From positions 1 to 64,000 of the forward strand of contig DF237384.1 in the NCBI GenBank assembly GCA_000708835.1: 64,000 nucleotides of DNA, written 5' to 3'. Each line of letters begins with the position of its first letter. The first letter of the stretch is position 1. This document shows, one piece after another, positions 25,301 through 37,300 of the stretch. This stretch comes from Klebsormidium nitens (Eukaryota > Plantae > Klebsormidiophyceae). The translations under genes were made by a program, and so were the position numbers. Below the pieces are notes generated by a model. The model had not been told where the DNA came from and did no database searches. It saw only the letters and a program-made list of their open reading frames with translations.

Positions 25301-28300
25301 GCCCCCTATCAAGCGGTTGGGTTCGACGGGCTACCATCAACCCTCTACCTCGGGAAAGCGTATCAAGTCCACATCCGCCTCCAAGGACTCTTGCTCCCCG
25401 ACGCATTCACCAACTTTGACCTCATCTCCCTGACTACCATGTGCCAATTCGAGGGCATGCGGACCGGCGCCGCGTTCCTCCCAGGCGACGGGAATGGCAG
25501 CGACCCCATGGTGTCCTGCGCTTTTTTGGCGCCCGGTTACTTCCAGCCCGGCCCACACAGCCTGAGCCTCTCCCTCACCGGGCAGGACTTTGCGACGGTG
25601 CTCCAGTCCCTTGTTCTCACCACTCCAAACGACACCTCCTCTTACTACTACTGGTGGTCGTATCTCCCCGGGCCGTATTACAACCAAGGCCTCCAGCTTC
25701 CTTCCTCCGCGGGCTATTGCGTCTCCTATTCCTCAGCGCCGGACGCCCTAAACGCAAGCCTGACTAGTCTGGATCTAGGCGGAGTCGCTCTCTCGCCCCC
25801 GTTCAGCCCCAGCATACTCCAATACACAGCATCAGTGACGTCAGCCCTGGACGCTGTAAACGTCACCCTACTCCCCGCCGCGCTTGGCGCGCGCGTGCGT
25901 GCGAGCGGCGGGGTCCTGGAGCCCGACTGCGCAAGCGGCGCGCCGGGTGGTAACGCCCTCGTCTTTCCGGTGCAGTACGTCGGAAAGAATAACCTGACCA
26001 TCGAAGTGACGTCAGCCAGCGGCCTCTCACAAGCGGTGTACTACGTCAACGTATACGCGGCGCCCGCCGATCGCACGTGCCAGGTCAAACCGTATGCCCC
26101 GAGCGTCCCGCGAAGCGCGTGCCTGCAGAGCATCTTTCCGTCGTCGGGGCCCGCTTCCGGCAGAACGCGCGTCACTTTCAACTTCCCCTGCGGTCAGCTC
26201 CCGAGTAACATGGGCCGGGACGGCTTTTGGGATGTGAAGCTGCCCATATGCTCCTTCGGCGGTCGGCAGGTTACGGGGATGTACGACTGGGGCTGGGGCT
26301 GTTCTCTTTGGTGCTCGTCTCCAGCTTGGGATCAAAACGCTTCGGCGGAGAGCGTGGAGGTGACGTTTAGCTTTAATGGGGGCCGTACGTTTAGCAAAGC
26401 CGGGGCCATCTTCTCATATTACAGTGAGTATCTGCAAATGCATCAAGGATCTAGAGCTGCACCTTCGTCGCCAACACAAAGGTCATGGTTTGCAGCGTTC
26501 ACTGACGATGGTGACGATGTTGTTGCCCGAATCGGACTTCCCCTGTGACTGGTAAACTGGAGCTTCCAAGACTGCCGCTGCGTGCAGACTTGCCTGCATC
26601 TGAGGCCTTTCTTTTCATATCAGCAACCTTATAGAAGGTTATACTTCTTGGATGTTTATAAGATACTCAAGAGGTCTGCTGTTGCAGTTGCCAATGGTAC
26701 ATTCTTCTGATTAACAATCATATCGAGTTGTCTCAAGCTTTCTCCTTCGCTTAAGCCAATGAGATTGCAATTTAATTCTGGCTTGCAGGTTTTTCTCAGA
26801 TGCATGAGTTGTGAACTGCTCTTTAATTCGTCTTATGTCCTCCTTTTTGGGGTTGCAGTGCATTGAGGCCTAACAGACTTTCTGAACTTCCAGACACTTC
26901 CAGACTTCTGAAGATGCTAGCTTGAGCATTCAGGTGTGCCGCCAAACCAACAATCCTTGCTCGTTTCGCTCTTACAACGCTTGACTCGTCTTTGCAGTTC
27001 CCTTCAACCCCACCTTGAGCAGCGTCCCTGACGCGATCGTACTGGGCACGACTTTCTACATCGAGGTCTCCCTGAGCGGGCCCGTCTTTGGCGCCAACTT
27101 CACTGGTTACGACGCCTTCGCCCCCGCCTGCCGCCTGCCAAACTTGTGGGGCCTGGTCGTGCCCGCCACCTTCATCACCAATGGAACCACCCCGGCTCTG
27201 GGCTGCACCCTGGCAACCCAGTATTACATGAACCCCGGCTCATTCATACTGGAGGTTTCTCTAAATGGGTACGACTTTGTGGCCTGCCCAGAGCGGCTAA
27301 ATATAGTTCCCTCTAACAACACCAACTGGAACTACAATTGGGTGCCCGGCTGGCAGTCCCCGCCCGCGCTGCCGAGTGCCCCGGGCCGGTGCGTACCGTT
27401 CGTGGGCGATCCGGAGAATGTGGACGCGAGTCTGCTAAGCATAGTGGTGGGGAACGAGACGGTCCCAAACCCGGTGCGCATTTTCCCCATGTTCTTCCAG
27501 GCGGATTACATGCAGAGCAGCGCGTACTTCGGAACGGTCCCTGCGGCTGCGGATGAGATCATGCTCACGGCAGTGCCGGCCATAGCCGGCGTTAATGTGA
27601 CGCTAGACGGCGTTCCTTTGGCGCTGTCTTGCGAGAATGGAGAGCTCGCGGGCAACTCGATATCGGCGGCCATCCCTCATTCCGGCCTCAACTGGTTCCG
27701 TTTCTATGTCACCGCCCTGGACGGAATCCACGAGCTCGGCTACCGCCTCGACATCTTTGCTGAGCCGCCGCTGGGACCGGGGTCGTGCCCGCGGCCCTAC
27801 AAGCTGACGTCACAAACCAGCTGCCTCCAACGGCTTTCGCCTCTGGTCGGACCTGTGGCGGGGGGCACCCAGGTCTTTGTGGGCTTGTCTGGCGGTCTGC
27901 CCTCGTTCGCAGCCAACTATTACTGGGGCTGGGGCTCCGACTCCGGTTCTCAATTCAAGCCGCCCGTCTGTAGATTTGGCTCCCAAGCAGTGAACGGAAC
28001 GTACACTCAGGGGTGTTCCTCTGGCTGGTGCGGGGGGGGCGTTCTGTGCGACACTCCCGCAGTGAAAGCCCCGATGGGCGGGCAAACTGTGCCGGTCACG
28101 ATCAGCTTCGACGGAGCAACTTTCACCGCAAGGAATGCTACTTTCACGTATTATGGTAAGGAGTCAATCTTTGTCCGGTTCTTTTTCTGCTGTGTTCTGC
28201 TAAGCTCAAGCTTCGACTTTGTTTTATCAACAAGCTTGGATCGGTATGCGAAAAATTTGCAGAAGAACAAATTTTTCGTACGAACCCAACATGCTAAGAA

Positions 28301-31300
28301 GTTCTCTGAAAAACAGGTCATGATGTCACTGCAGCTTTGGTGGACCAGGAACTCTGTTTGTGTCAATTGGATCGTCAAAATCAGACCTTCTGTTTCAAGT
28401 CTCAAGATGAACTCAAAACTAGTTTCTTTCTGCCAAGAGCAAGAGATCCACCCATGTTGTCCTAGCACAAGTCCACGAACCTCATATGGGAGATAAGCAG
28501 ACAAAGAGCAGAGTACCTCCGCCATCTCCACGCCAAAAAGCCTGGCAATACTTGTTATTCAAGTGCTTGTTTCATTTTCTGTCTTGCAGCCCCGTTCACG
28601 GCGCGGGCCGTCACCAATCTTTCAAGCCCGCCCTGTATTGGGGTCCCCTTCGAAGCCGTCGTTCCCTTGGACGGCCTACTTTTCCCGCCCGATTTCACCT
28701 ACTCCGACCTCCTCCGGGGCTCCAGTTCCCCGGCTTCTTGTGACCTGGAAGGCACCCTAAGCGTTGCCGAGTATTGGCCCCCGACCGCACACCAAATCAA
28801 ACCCGAGATTCGGTGCACCACCATGGCACAATCGTGGCTGTCCCCCGGTCCGCACACCCTCCGGGTCTCTCTTAACGGGCGGGACTACGTGGCAGTCCAG
28901 ACGCCGCTGAGTTTCAGCGCGGCAAACGAAAGCGTTAACGGGTGGGTTCCCGGTCCGTCCTGGTACCAGAACGGGCTGCAGCTCGACTCCAGTGATCCGG
29001 GTTACTGTTTAAGCTACCTCTCGGGACCGGGAAGCGCCAACACCACGCTCGCGAGCGTGTCCCTGGCGCCCGCAAACCTGACGTCCGATTTCACCCCGGA
29101 CGTCCGCAACTATGCGGCACGTGTTTCCTGGGACGTGAGCCAGGTGGCGATCCGCGTGGCAGCCAGCGTGGTGGGCGCGGCCGTTCGCATCAACGGGAGC
29201 CCGGTTGACGTCCGCTGTTCAAACCGGACCCTGTCCAACAACACCTTTCCCGCTCCGATCCTGTTCACCGGAACAAACGCTTTCACCATAGAAGTCACGG
29301 CTCCCAACAGAATCAGCCGGAGCCTCTACACTCTTAACATTGAGTCGGACCCGGCGCCAGTCCCCGGGCCCTGCCAGAAGCCGTACGCGCCGCAGATCAC
29401 GACTGCCTGCCTTCAGCAAATCTTCCCGGGCGTCGGCCCCGCGCGCGGCGGCACGCAAGTCCGCCTCCAGTTCCCATACGGTCAGCTTCCTCTGGGCTAT
29501 CCAAACTGGTGGAACTGGGGATCGTACGGAACGGACGCAAAGCTTCCGCTTTGCGCGTTTGGTGACTTGGTTGTCAATGGCTCGTACGGGTATGACGGGA
29601 CCAGTATCGTGTGCCCCTCCCCCGCATGGCCCGCGTCCGAGCCCCCCGAAACGGTGGCCGTGAGCTTCAGCCTGGACGGGGCCGTCTTCTCAACTCTGGG
29701 CGCTACCTTCACTTACTATGGTGAGCGCTTGGATGATGGATCTCAAAACTTAGATTGCCGTTGAAAGCAAAAAAGATGGCCGGACAAATGAATCTGCCTT
29801 CCTCTACCTTCACTGGATTGGAACGGTTTGACCGTCATTCAGTAGACTTTAATGTGAACTCATACCGTCAGTATTGACGGACTCCTCGCTCCAGATTTCG
29901 GAGCAGGTCTTAATCGTGTTGGCAATTGGGGCGTCTTTTCAGTGCAGTCGAGATCATTAGTTTGAAATTCTCGGGACTTGTAGACGTTCTCCCCAGTGAT
30001 GAGTCCCGCTTCCTTCAACTTTTCTGTTTTAGTCAGATTCTTTTTAGAAGCATGTCATGCGTTGAAGTACCGCAATCTCTAAGTTCCAATTCCGCTCTTG
30101 CAATCCTCTGAATATTCTTCTCTGCAGCCCCCTTTGCGCCAGGCACTGTGACCGGTCTCCCTCCCACTCTCTACACCGGAGCAGCCTACCAGGCGTCTAT
30201 TCCCCTCGGCAAAACGGTTTTTCCGACGGACTTCACCGACTATGACTTGGTCGGCCTATCAGCCACTTGCAACCTTGACGGCACAACCTCGGCCGCCCAG
30301 ATCCTCCCGGAAGTTTTCTCCGACGGCAGCCTGGCCCTGAGCTGCACCGTCTTTGCCCCCTGGTACTATCAACCGGGGCCCCACACCCTGCAAGTGTCGC
30401 TCGACGGCATGAACTATTCGCCCTTGCCGGCTCCTATTTTTTTCACCGCCCCCAATGAGACCACTTACGGCTGGCCTTACTACCGAACCCCGAATTGGAA
30501 CCAGGGCAGGCAGCTGTACGGCCCGGGGTATTGTACCGGGTACCGAACCGGGCCCACCGCAGCGGACTCTTCCCTGGGTACGCTTGCCGTCGACCAGGGG
30601 GCCCTTCTCCCGGACTTCAACCCGGCCACCCGGGCATATGCAATCAACGTGACGGCTGACGTCACGGAGATCAATCTTACTCTGCTGCCGGGCGCGCCGC
30701 GCGGCGCGGTCGTGGAGGTGAACGGAGTTCCGGTCAACATCAGCTGCGCCGGGAACGAGACGGCCGGAAACGTCTTCTCAGCAGCGGTCCATTATGTTGG
30801 ACTGAACGCTTTTGTGATCACCGTCACTGCCCCTGACAACATTCATCAAACGGCTTACCGCCTGGACGTATACGCTGCGCGCGCAGGCAACGTGTGCGCA
30901 GAGCGCGCCTACGCCCCCGCCGCGCGTGCGGCCGCGTGCATGCAGGGCGTCGCTCCGAGCCTGGGCCCTGTGACAGGTGGCACACGCGTGGCCGTTCATT
31001 TCCCATACGGGCAGCTTCCGCTGGGCAGCTTCCGCGGTTATTGGGAGCAGTGGGCGAGTTTTGGCGCTAAAGCGCGGCGGCCGGTCTGCACGTTCGGCGA
31101 CCAGAGAGTGGAGGGATCATATGGGACAGAGGGCACGACGATCCTTTGCGTGTCGCCGCCTCTGGAGGACCAGTCCCAGCCGGTCACTGTGGACCTGACG
31201 TTCAGCTTAGACGGGAGGGTCTTCACCCGTACCGGAGCAACGTTCACGTATTACGGTGAGCTGCAGCAGCGAGCCCGCCCTGTGTTGCCAAAGCAACCTC

Positions 31301-34300
31301 TTTGACCGACAGCTTGTACTTTCTGACGACATCAGAACAATCTGCCCTTTACAAAATTGGTTCTGCCTAGCGTAAAGAAGCGATTTCAAACTCTAAGCCT
31401 CCAAAGCGGGTACCTACTAACAACAATTGCCAGTAGGATTGGGCAAGGAACTGACAAAGCGCTGCTTAGAGCTCATCGATCAGTTCCTCAGCTATGTTTG
31501 GTGGAGCTGCCTAGTTGCATCTTATTGTCGCCTTAACATGCTTTTTATTCCTCTTTCTTCCTTCTTTTTCCTCCTCCCTTGCATTACAGAACAAAGTGTC
31601 CGCCTTAATGCCTATCGTCATTGCGAGCCTGTCTTTTTGTGCAGCCAACTTCCAGCCTGCCATGGTGGCCGCCCTTCCCTCCAGCGTCGCCGTGAGTGAT
31701 CTCGTCACGGCGGTCATCCCCTTGCCTTCGCCACTGTTCGACGCCACCTTCAGTGACTTCGCTCGGGTCAACTCCTCCGCGGCCTGCCTCCTCCAGCCGG
31801 GCTCCACTTCCGCCGCGGCGTACTTTTCGCCGGACTCCGCCCACGACACCCCGACCCTCCGCTGCCTCCTCAAGCTCTGGATGGGCCCCCAACCGGGACA
31901 GTGCGCGCTCCAGGTCGCCCTTAACGGTCAGGACTACACACCGGTGCTACAGCCGCTCATGTTCAGCGTCTGGACCGGAAACTCGGAGAACTGGTGGCAG
32001 AGGCCGCCCGCTCCCGGAAATCAGGTCTGGCCCCTTCCTGCGGCGAGCACCGACCCGTGCATTTCGTACGAAATTGGGGCCCCGTTCATTGACGCTACTT
32101 TAGCTAACCTAACCCTGGTGGCCGGAGTCTGGCTCTCTCCAGACTTCCAAGCGGATGTGCTGAGCTACTCCATAAGCGTTCCCTCCACGGTTAACGAAGT
32201 GACCCTCACGGTTACGCCTAACGTGGTCGGTCAGACCGTCCTCATCAACGGTGCGGAGCTCTTTGCGACCTGCGCAAACGGCAGCTTAGTGGGTAACGTC
32301 TTCAAGGCGGCGACCCCTTATATTGCAACCAACAACATAACAATCGAAGTGGTCGCCCAGAACGGCATCCATCGGTATCTATACACCGTTCTAGTGCAAT
32401 CTCAGCCGTCCAACTCCCCGGCACTCTGCCAGAAGGATTCTGCGCCGTCCGTTGGCAGCGCCTGTCTGCAAAGCATATTCCCCAAAGCAGGCCCAGTGGG
32501 CGGAGGGACACGCGTCGTGCTCCGATTCCCCCAGGGGCAGCTGCCATTAGCTGCGGGCAGCTATGGCTATTCCTGGTATACCGCGGCTTCCACCGTTAAG
32601 AATCCGGTATGCGCTTTCGGGGGGCAGAAAGTGCAGGGATACTACGGGGGAGACGGCAGTACAATCTACTGCAACGCGCCGGCGTGGGATCCCACAACAG
32701 GGGCAAGGACCGTGCCTGTGTGGTTCAGCTTTGATGGGTCCAGCTTCACGATCTACGGACCAAAGTACACCTACTATGGTAAGTTTCCGACTTTCTTTCA
32801 AAACTTCAAGTCAGCTTGCCTGAGTTTCCTTCCATCTCATCCAAAAAGACGCCTGACCGAGAGGCTTTAAGCATCTCTTTGTGATCCACGAAGAGTTCTC
32901 GAGCTTCTTCAAAAAGTCCTGGGTTCCCTTACAATCTGGTCAAACCGTATACTCCTTCGCTGCCGGTGTGCTTTCGCAGCGCTCCATCTCCCTATTCTTC
33001 ACACTGTAGGTTCGGAACCAGAGAGACTCCTACCAGGGCACCAACACGTGATCTTTTCATCCCCCGTTATTGATCTCTTGACAACAGAAAAGAAGCGCGC
33101 ACTCAATGTGCTCTGTGACGAGGCGTCAAGTCTGACTGTCTCAGTGCGCTTGATGCTTCATAAGCACTGCCAGTAGTCGCCCCTACCGACCTGCGGAACA
33201 CGCCTCTTTTTTCCTTCTGCAGACGCGGTCACAGTAACCGGGGCAGCCACCGTTCCCGCGTCGCCCACCATCGCTTCGTACTTCACTGCAACAGTGACCT
33301 TGTCGGGCGATCTCTCCCCTGAGGATCCCTCAACGTTGTCACCCGCCTGCCGTTTCCTGGGTTATCAGTACCCGGCTACAGTCTCCCCCGCCGTATTGAA
33401 TGGCAGTGCCCCAACTCTCCGCTGCGTTTGCGTTGCCTGGCCCTATTATCCACCGAGTGAATTTGATCTCGAAGTCTCGTTGAACGGCCAAGACTTCGTC
33501 CTAGCGCCAAGTCCGGTCAGCTTGGGGCCCCAACTGCCCGATTCTTCCTGGTCCGGCTTCAACATGCCCACAGTCTTCCCCCAAGACGTCCCCGGGCACT
33601 ATCCCCCGGGGGTCTGCCTGACGTACCGCTCGGGGTTGGGGGCGGCCAATGCAACCCTGGCATCCCTCTCCCTAGATTCTGGTTACCTGAACCCGGCCTT
33701 CAATCCGGGCCAGACCTACTACTGGACGAGCCTCCCAACCGACGTCGCGGAGGTAACCCTTGCTTTCGAACCGGGCACTAAGGGGGCGACCGTCACGGCT
33801 AACGGGACTCCGATTAGCGCAACCTGTGCGGAGGGAGCAGTCGCCAACAACACGTTCCCTGTCTCCATTTCTCATTCCGCGCCCACGCAAGTGTCTGTTG
33901 TGGTTCTTGCGCCAGACGGGATTTCGGAGAGGGTTTACTACGTCACCATATATTCTGAGGTGTGGAGCACCCCGGGGGGCCAACCCGGGATGGGCCCCTA
34001 CCCCTCTCCAATGGACCCCTTTGCCCCGCCGGCGATGAGTCCCCCAACCCCGTTTTCTGGCCCGGCGAGGGTGTACGTGCGCTCTTATGGGCCGGGGCTA
34101 AGCTCGTATGGAGGTGAGGCCACAATCGACTTGCAAAGAGGGCCTGAAGCCGGGCAAGGGTTTCCATACAGCACTGTCTCAAGTCCTGCTTTTATCAGCT
34201 TCTGTCGCTTTTGGATTCGGCTGCAGCCGAGCTTGCGCCCGGCCGCTTGCAACTTAATTTGGATCCGAATTGGTCAAGTACGGACCGAAAAACATTCGTA

Positions 34301-37300
34301 CAGGTTCCCTCTTTGAAGTAGCTAGAAAGTCTCCTCAAGAAATCCATCGGAAGTTGAAGGGAATTTAAGTTCTCTTGTCCATATTCAATGTGCAAGAATT
34401 CTTGTGTCACCAGAACCCTTCTCTCGGCTCCTATTTTGAGAGAACATGAAGAAATCACGTTCTCTTGAGAGACCTTCTTTGCAATTAGAACCTTTCAGTC
34501 CTTACAGTTTGCGCGCCGTGCTTTGCAGGTGGCATCAAGCTTTCCGTTGTGCTGGAACGCCCGGCTGGAGAGATGGCCCCACACGCCGAGGGCTGGTATT
34601 ACTGCCAGTTCGATTCGGTCGTGGTCTTTGCGGACAGCTTCCAAGACAACCCGTCGGTGCCTAACGTGTGGACAGTGACGTTTGTGGTGCCGCCCTTGCC
34701 GCGGGGGAACATGGTGGCGAAGCTGGCCATCAGCGAGGACGGGTTCAACTTCCAGGATTTCGGAGTGTTCCAGTATCATGGTGAGGGCGTCCCCTAGAGT
34801 CGAGCACTGACCATCTCGTCAAATGATGTTGAAGTGAGTTCCAGAAAGCCAGCGTCGAAGACTCCTCCGGCCTGTGCACTGCCCGGTGCCCCCTGTCTGA
34901 TCTCCTGTTTGCTTTGCCTTCCGAGCCAAGTCGAACGCTTGGTTTGCAAAAGCCGTTTAGAAATTTCAGAGCAACTTGCGTAACCCTCTAGTAGGACCGA
35001 CTGGCACTTGCTTACGGCACGACCCACTCTTATCCCTGAGCGGATCATTCCATCGCTCTGCAGAGCCCCTCCACATCGCCTCTTTTGCGCCGGCTATGGG
35101 TTCGACCGCCGGGAGAAGGGAAGTCCAATTCTCGGTCGCCAGCAGCCTCCTCATCTACTCCTCTGCCACGGCCGAGCGTTTACAACCCGCGTGCAAGTTT
35201 GGCAACATCACAGTGCCCGGGACCTTCCATCAACCGTATGCCTCTGAGGATTCGAGTCCTCACATCAGTTGTGTCGGCCCCGCTTCCCAGCCCGGATTTG
35301 CACGGCTTGCGGTGTCGCTCAATGGCCAGGAGTGGGCACCGGTTACCGGCAGGTATCACTTTGTTCAGATGCTTGAAGACCCGGACATGCCCGGCCGGTG
35401 CTTCTACGGCCACGAGTTTTATGACGACTGCGGTAAGGCTCCTACTGGGGAATCCGTTCTTCCTTCAAAGATTGTCTTTGCTCCGATCTATCTTTATCGG
35501 ATTGCAATCGGCCGCAAGGTTTAAGCTTTTGAAGAAGAGCGTTCTTTACCGTTTGGTTATGCAATGCTTTTTTTGGCACCAGTCAAAATTCGATCCAACA
35601 ACTTAGCTTTCAACCTGCTTCCATCTCAGATGTCACCTGCTAGAGAACGGTGCCGGGTTGCTATGATTGCACTGGGCCATATCTTGTCCTTAATCCCCTG
35701 AACATCAAGATTGAAGCATCCGTTTGAAAATAGACAGGCCGCTTTGTGACCGATTCGTGTAGCATGATGAGAAAGGATAGCTCTCTTGGGGCTCTCAAAC
35801 AACAGCTAAGCAGTGCTTAGGGATTATGCAGGGTACCCGGAAGAGTTCCCACCCGGTCCACCTACCAGCTTCCCTCCGGCACAGGGGCCGAGCCAAAGCC
35901 CTTCTATCTGTCTGGATGAACGGAGTAAGCGAAGTCAATGAACTCTCTCTCTTTTCAGCATTCATACTGACTTGCGTTTGTCAAATTTTTCTTTCGAAGA
36001 AATAGCACGCCAGAGGCAGTAGAGTTGCCTGAAGATGCTCAGGCATCCAATAAGATTCAAAGTGTGGATCTTGTCTCCCAACTGCCCAACCTGTTCGGCG
36101 TGTCTCCTCTCCACTCCCGGTTCTCAGTCACACCGAAAGGTGTATCAAAGAGCATTCACCGTGTTTTGTGTTCGGTCGTCATCAGAGGTTTACAGCGATA
36201 TTATCATAGTATGACTGAGCAATTTTCTCTGTTTTTCCAGACTCTCCCTACCCTTGCTTCGAGGGGGCACCCGCCATGGCTCCGAGACCCCAGGCTTTTG
36301 CCTCCGCGCCAGCCCCCGGGCCACCCTTTACCTTCCTCCCCCCGCCAGGTTTCAATGGAACCCTGAGCGAACCCCTGACTGTCGTGGAGGTTTTGCCGGC
36401 CGCGGCGGGCGCCTATCTCCAGCTCATCTGTACCGCGCCGGATGGGCAGCCAACGGTCGGCGCGCTCTTCGCGGCCGCGTTGACCAGCTTCCCCGAGGGC
36501 GACGCGCCCGCACAGCCGCTCTTCGTGTCGTACCCGGCGGATCTGCCCGGGGACTACGCCATCGACGTATCGGTGCGCTCTGGCGGCGTTTACAGCTTCA
36601 GCGTCTACCGGTGCTTCGCGCCGGCCTGCGAAGATGTGCAAACCGGGGCGCTTAGCTCACCGGTGGCCGTCTTCCAAGGCAGCTTTTCCGTCGTTCCGGG
36701 TCCGCTCAGCCACAACATGACAACGGCATCTCTGGCGTCGGGTGCTTATGCCGGGGCGGCCGTCAACATCACCATAAGGGCCCGGGATGCAAACGGCTTA
36801 TTGCGAACGCAGGGCGGCGACAGCACCCACTTTGCGGCACGCATCGAGCCGGCTGTGGCGTGGCCGCCCAATGTGACGGACCATGGAGACGGGACGTATC
36901 TCGTCAGCTTTGTGCCGGTTCTCGTTGGAGAACACACTGTCACGTTGTTGATTGTGAGTAGCTGCGAACTGGTTTCTCGCGACACACATTCTGAATTGCT
37001 TTGAGAAGCACGTTCCTTAATCTTTGCTGAGCGGATCATTGGGTTGGCTAAGGTCTGCAACTGCCTTTCTTCATTCGATACATGAAGAAAAGTGCTGCAA
37101 GTGAAGTGGACCCCGAACGGGAGAACCGTTATAGCTTTGACTCTCATGAGAGCCATGTCTCGAGATTTTGCACATCAAGAGTTTCCAGGCCTCACTCAAG
37201 CTCAAGCTTGAAGCCTATTGCAATATTCACTTGTTGGTTTGAGTTCTTAGTTCGTGGGGAGCTAGCGGACACTTATCTCTACCTCTGACTGTCAGTCCTT

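Noticed and set aside
15105-32778. Somatic DNA rearrangement (V(D)J- or VLR-like) of the modules
   Set aside because: No recombination-signal-like or shared flanking repeats were seen in the introns, and every module has intact splice sites.
16797-32870. Numerous overlapping Arg/Gly-rich ORFs in alternate frames and on the minus strand
   Set aside because: They are typical by-products of GC-rich coding exons and show no recognisable domains or splice support.
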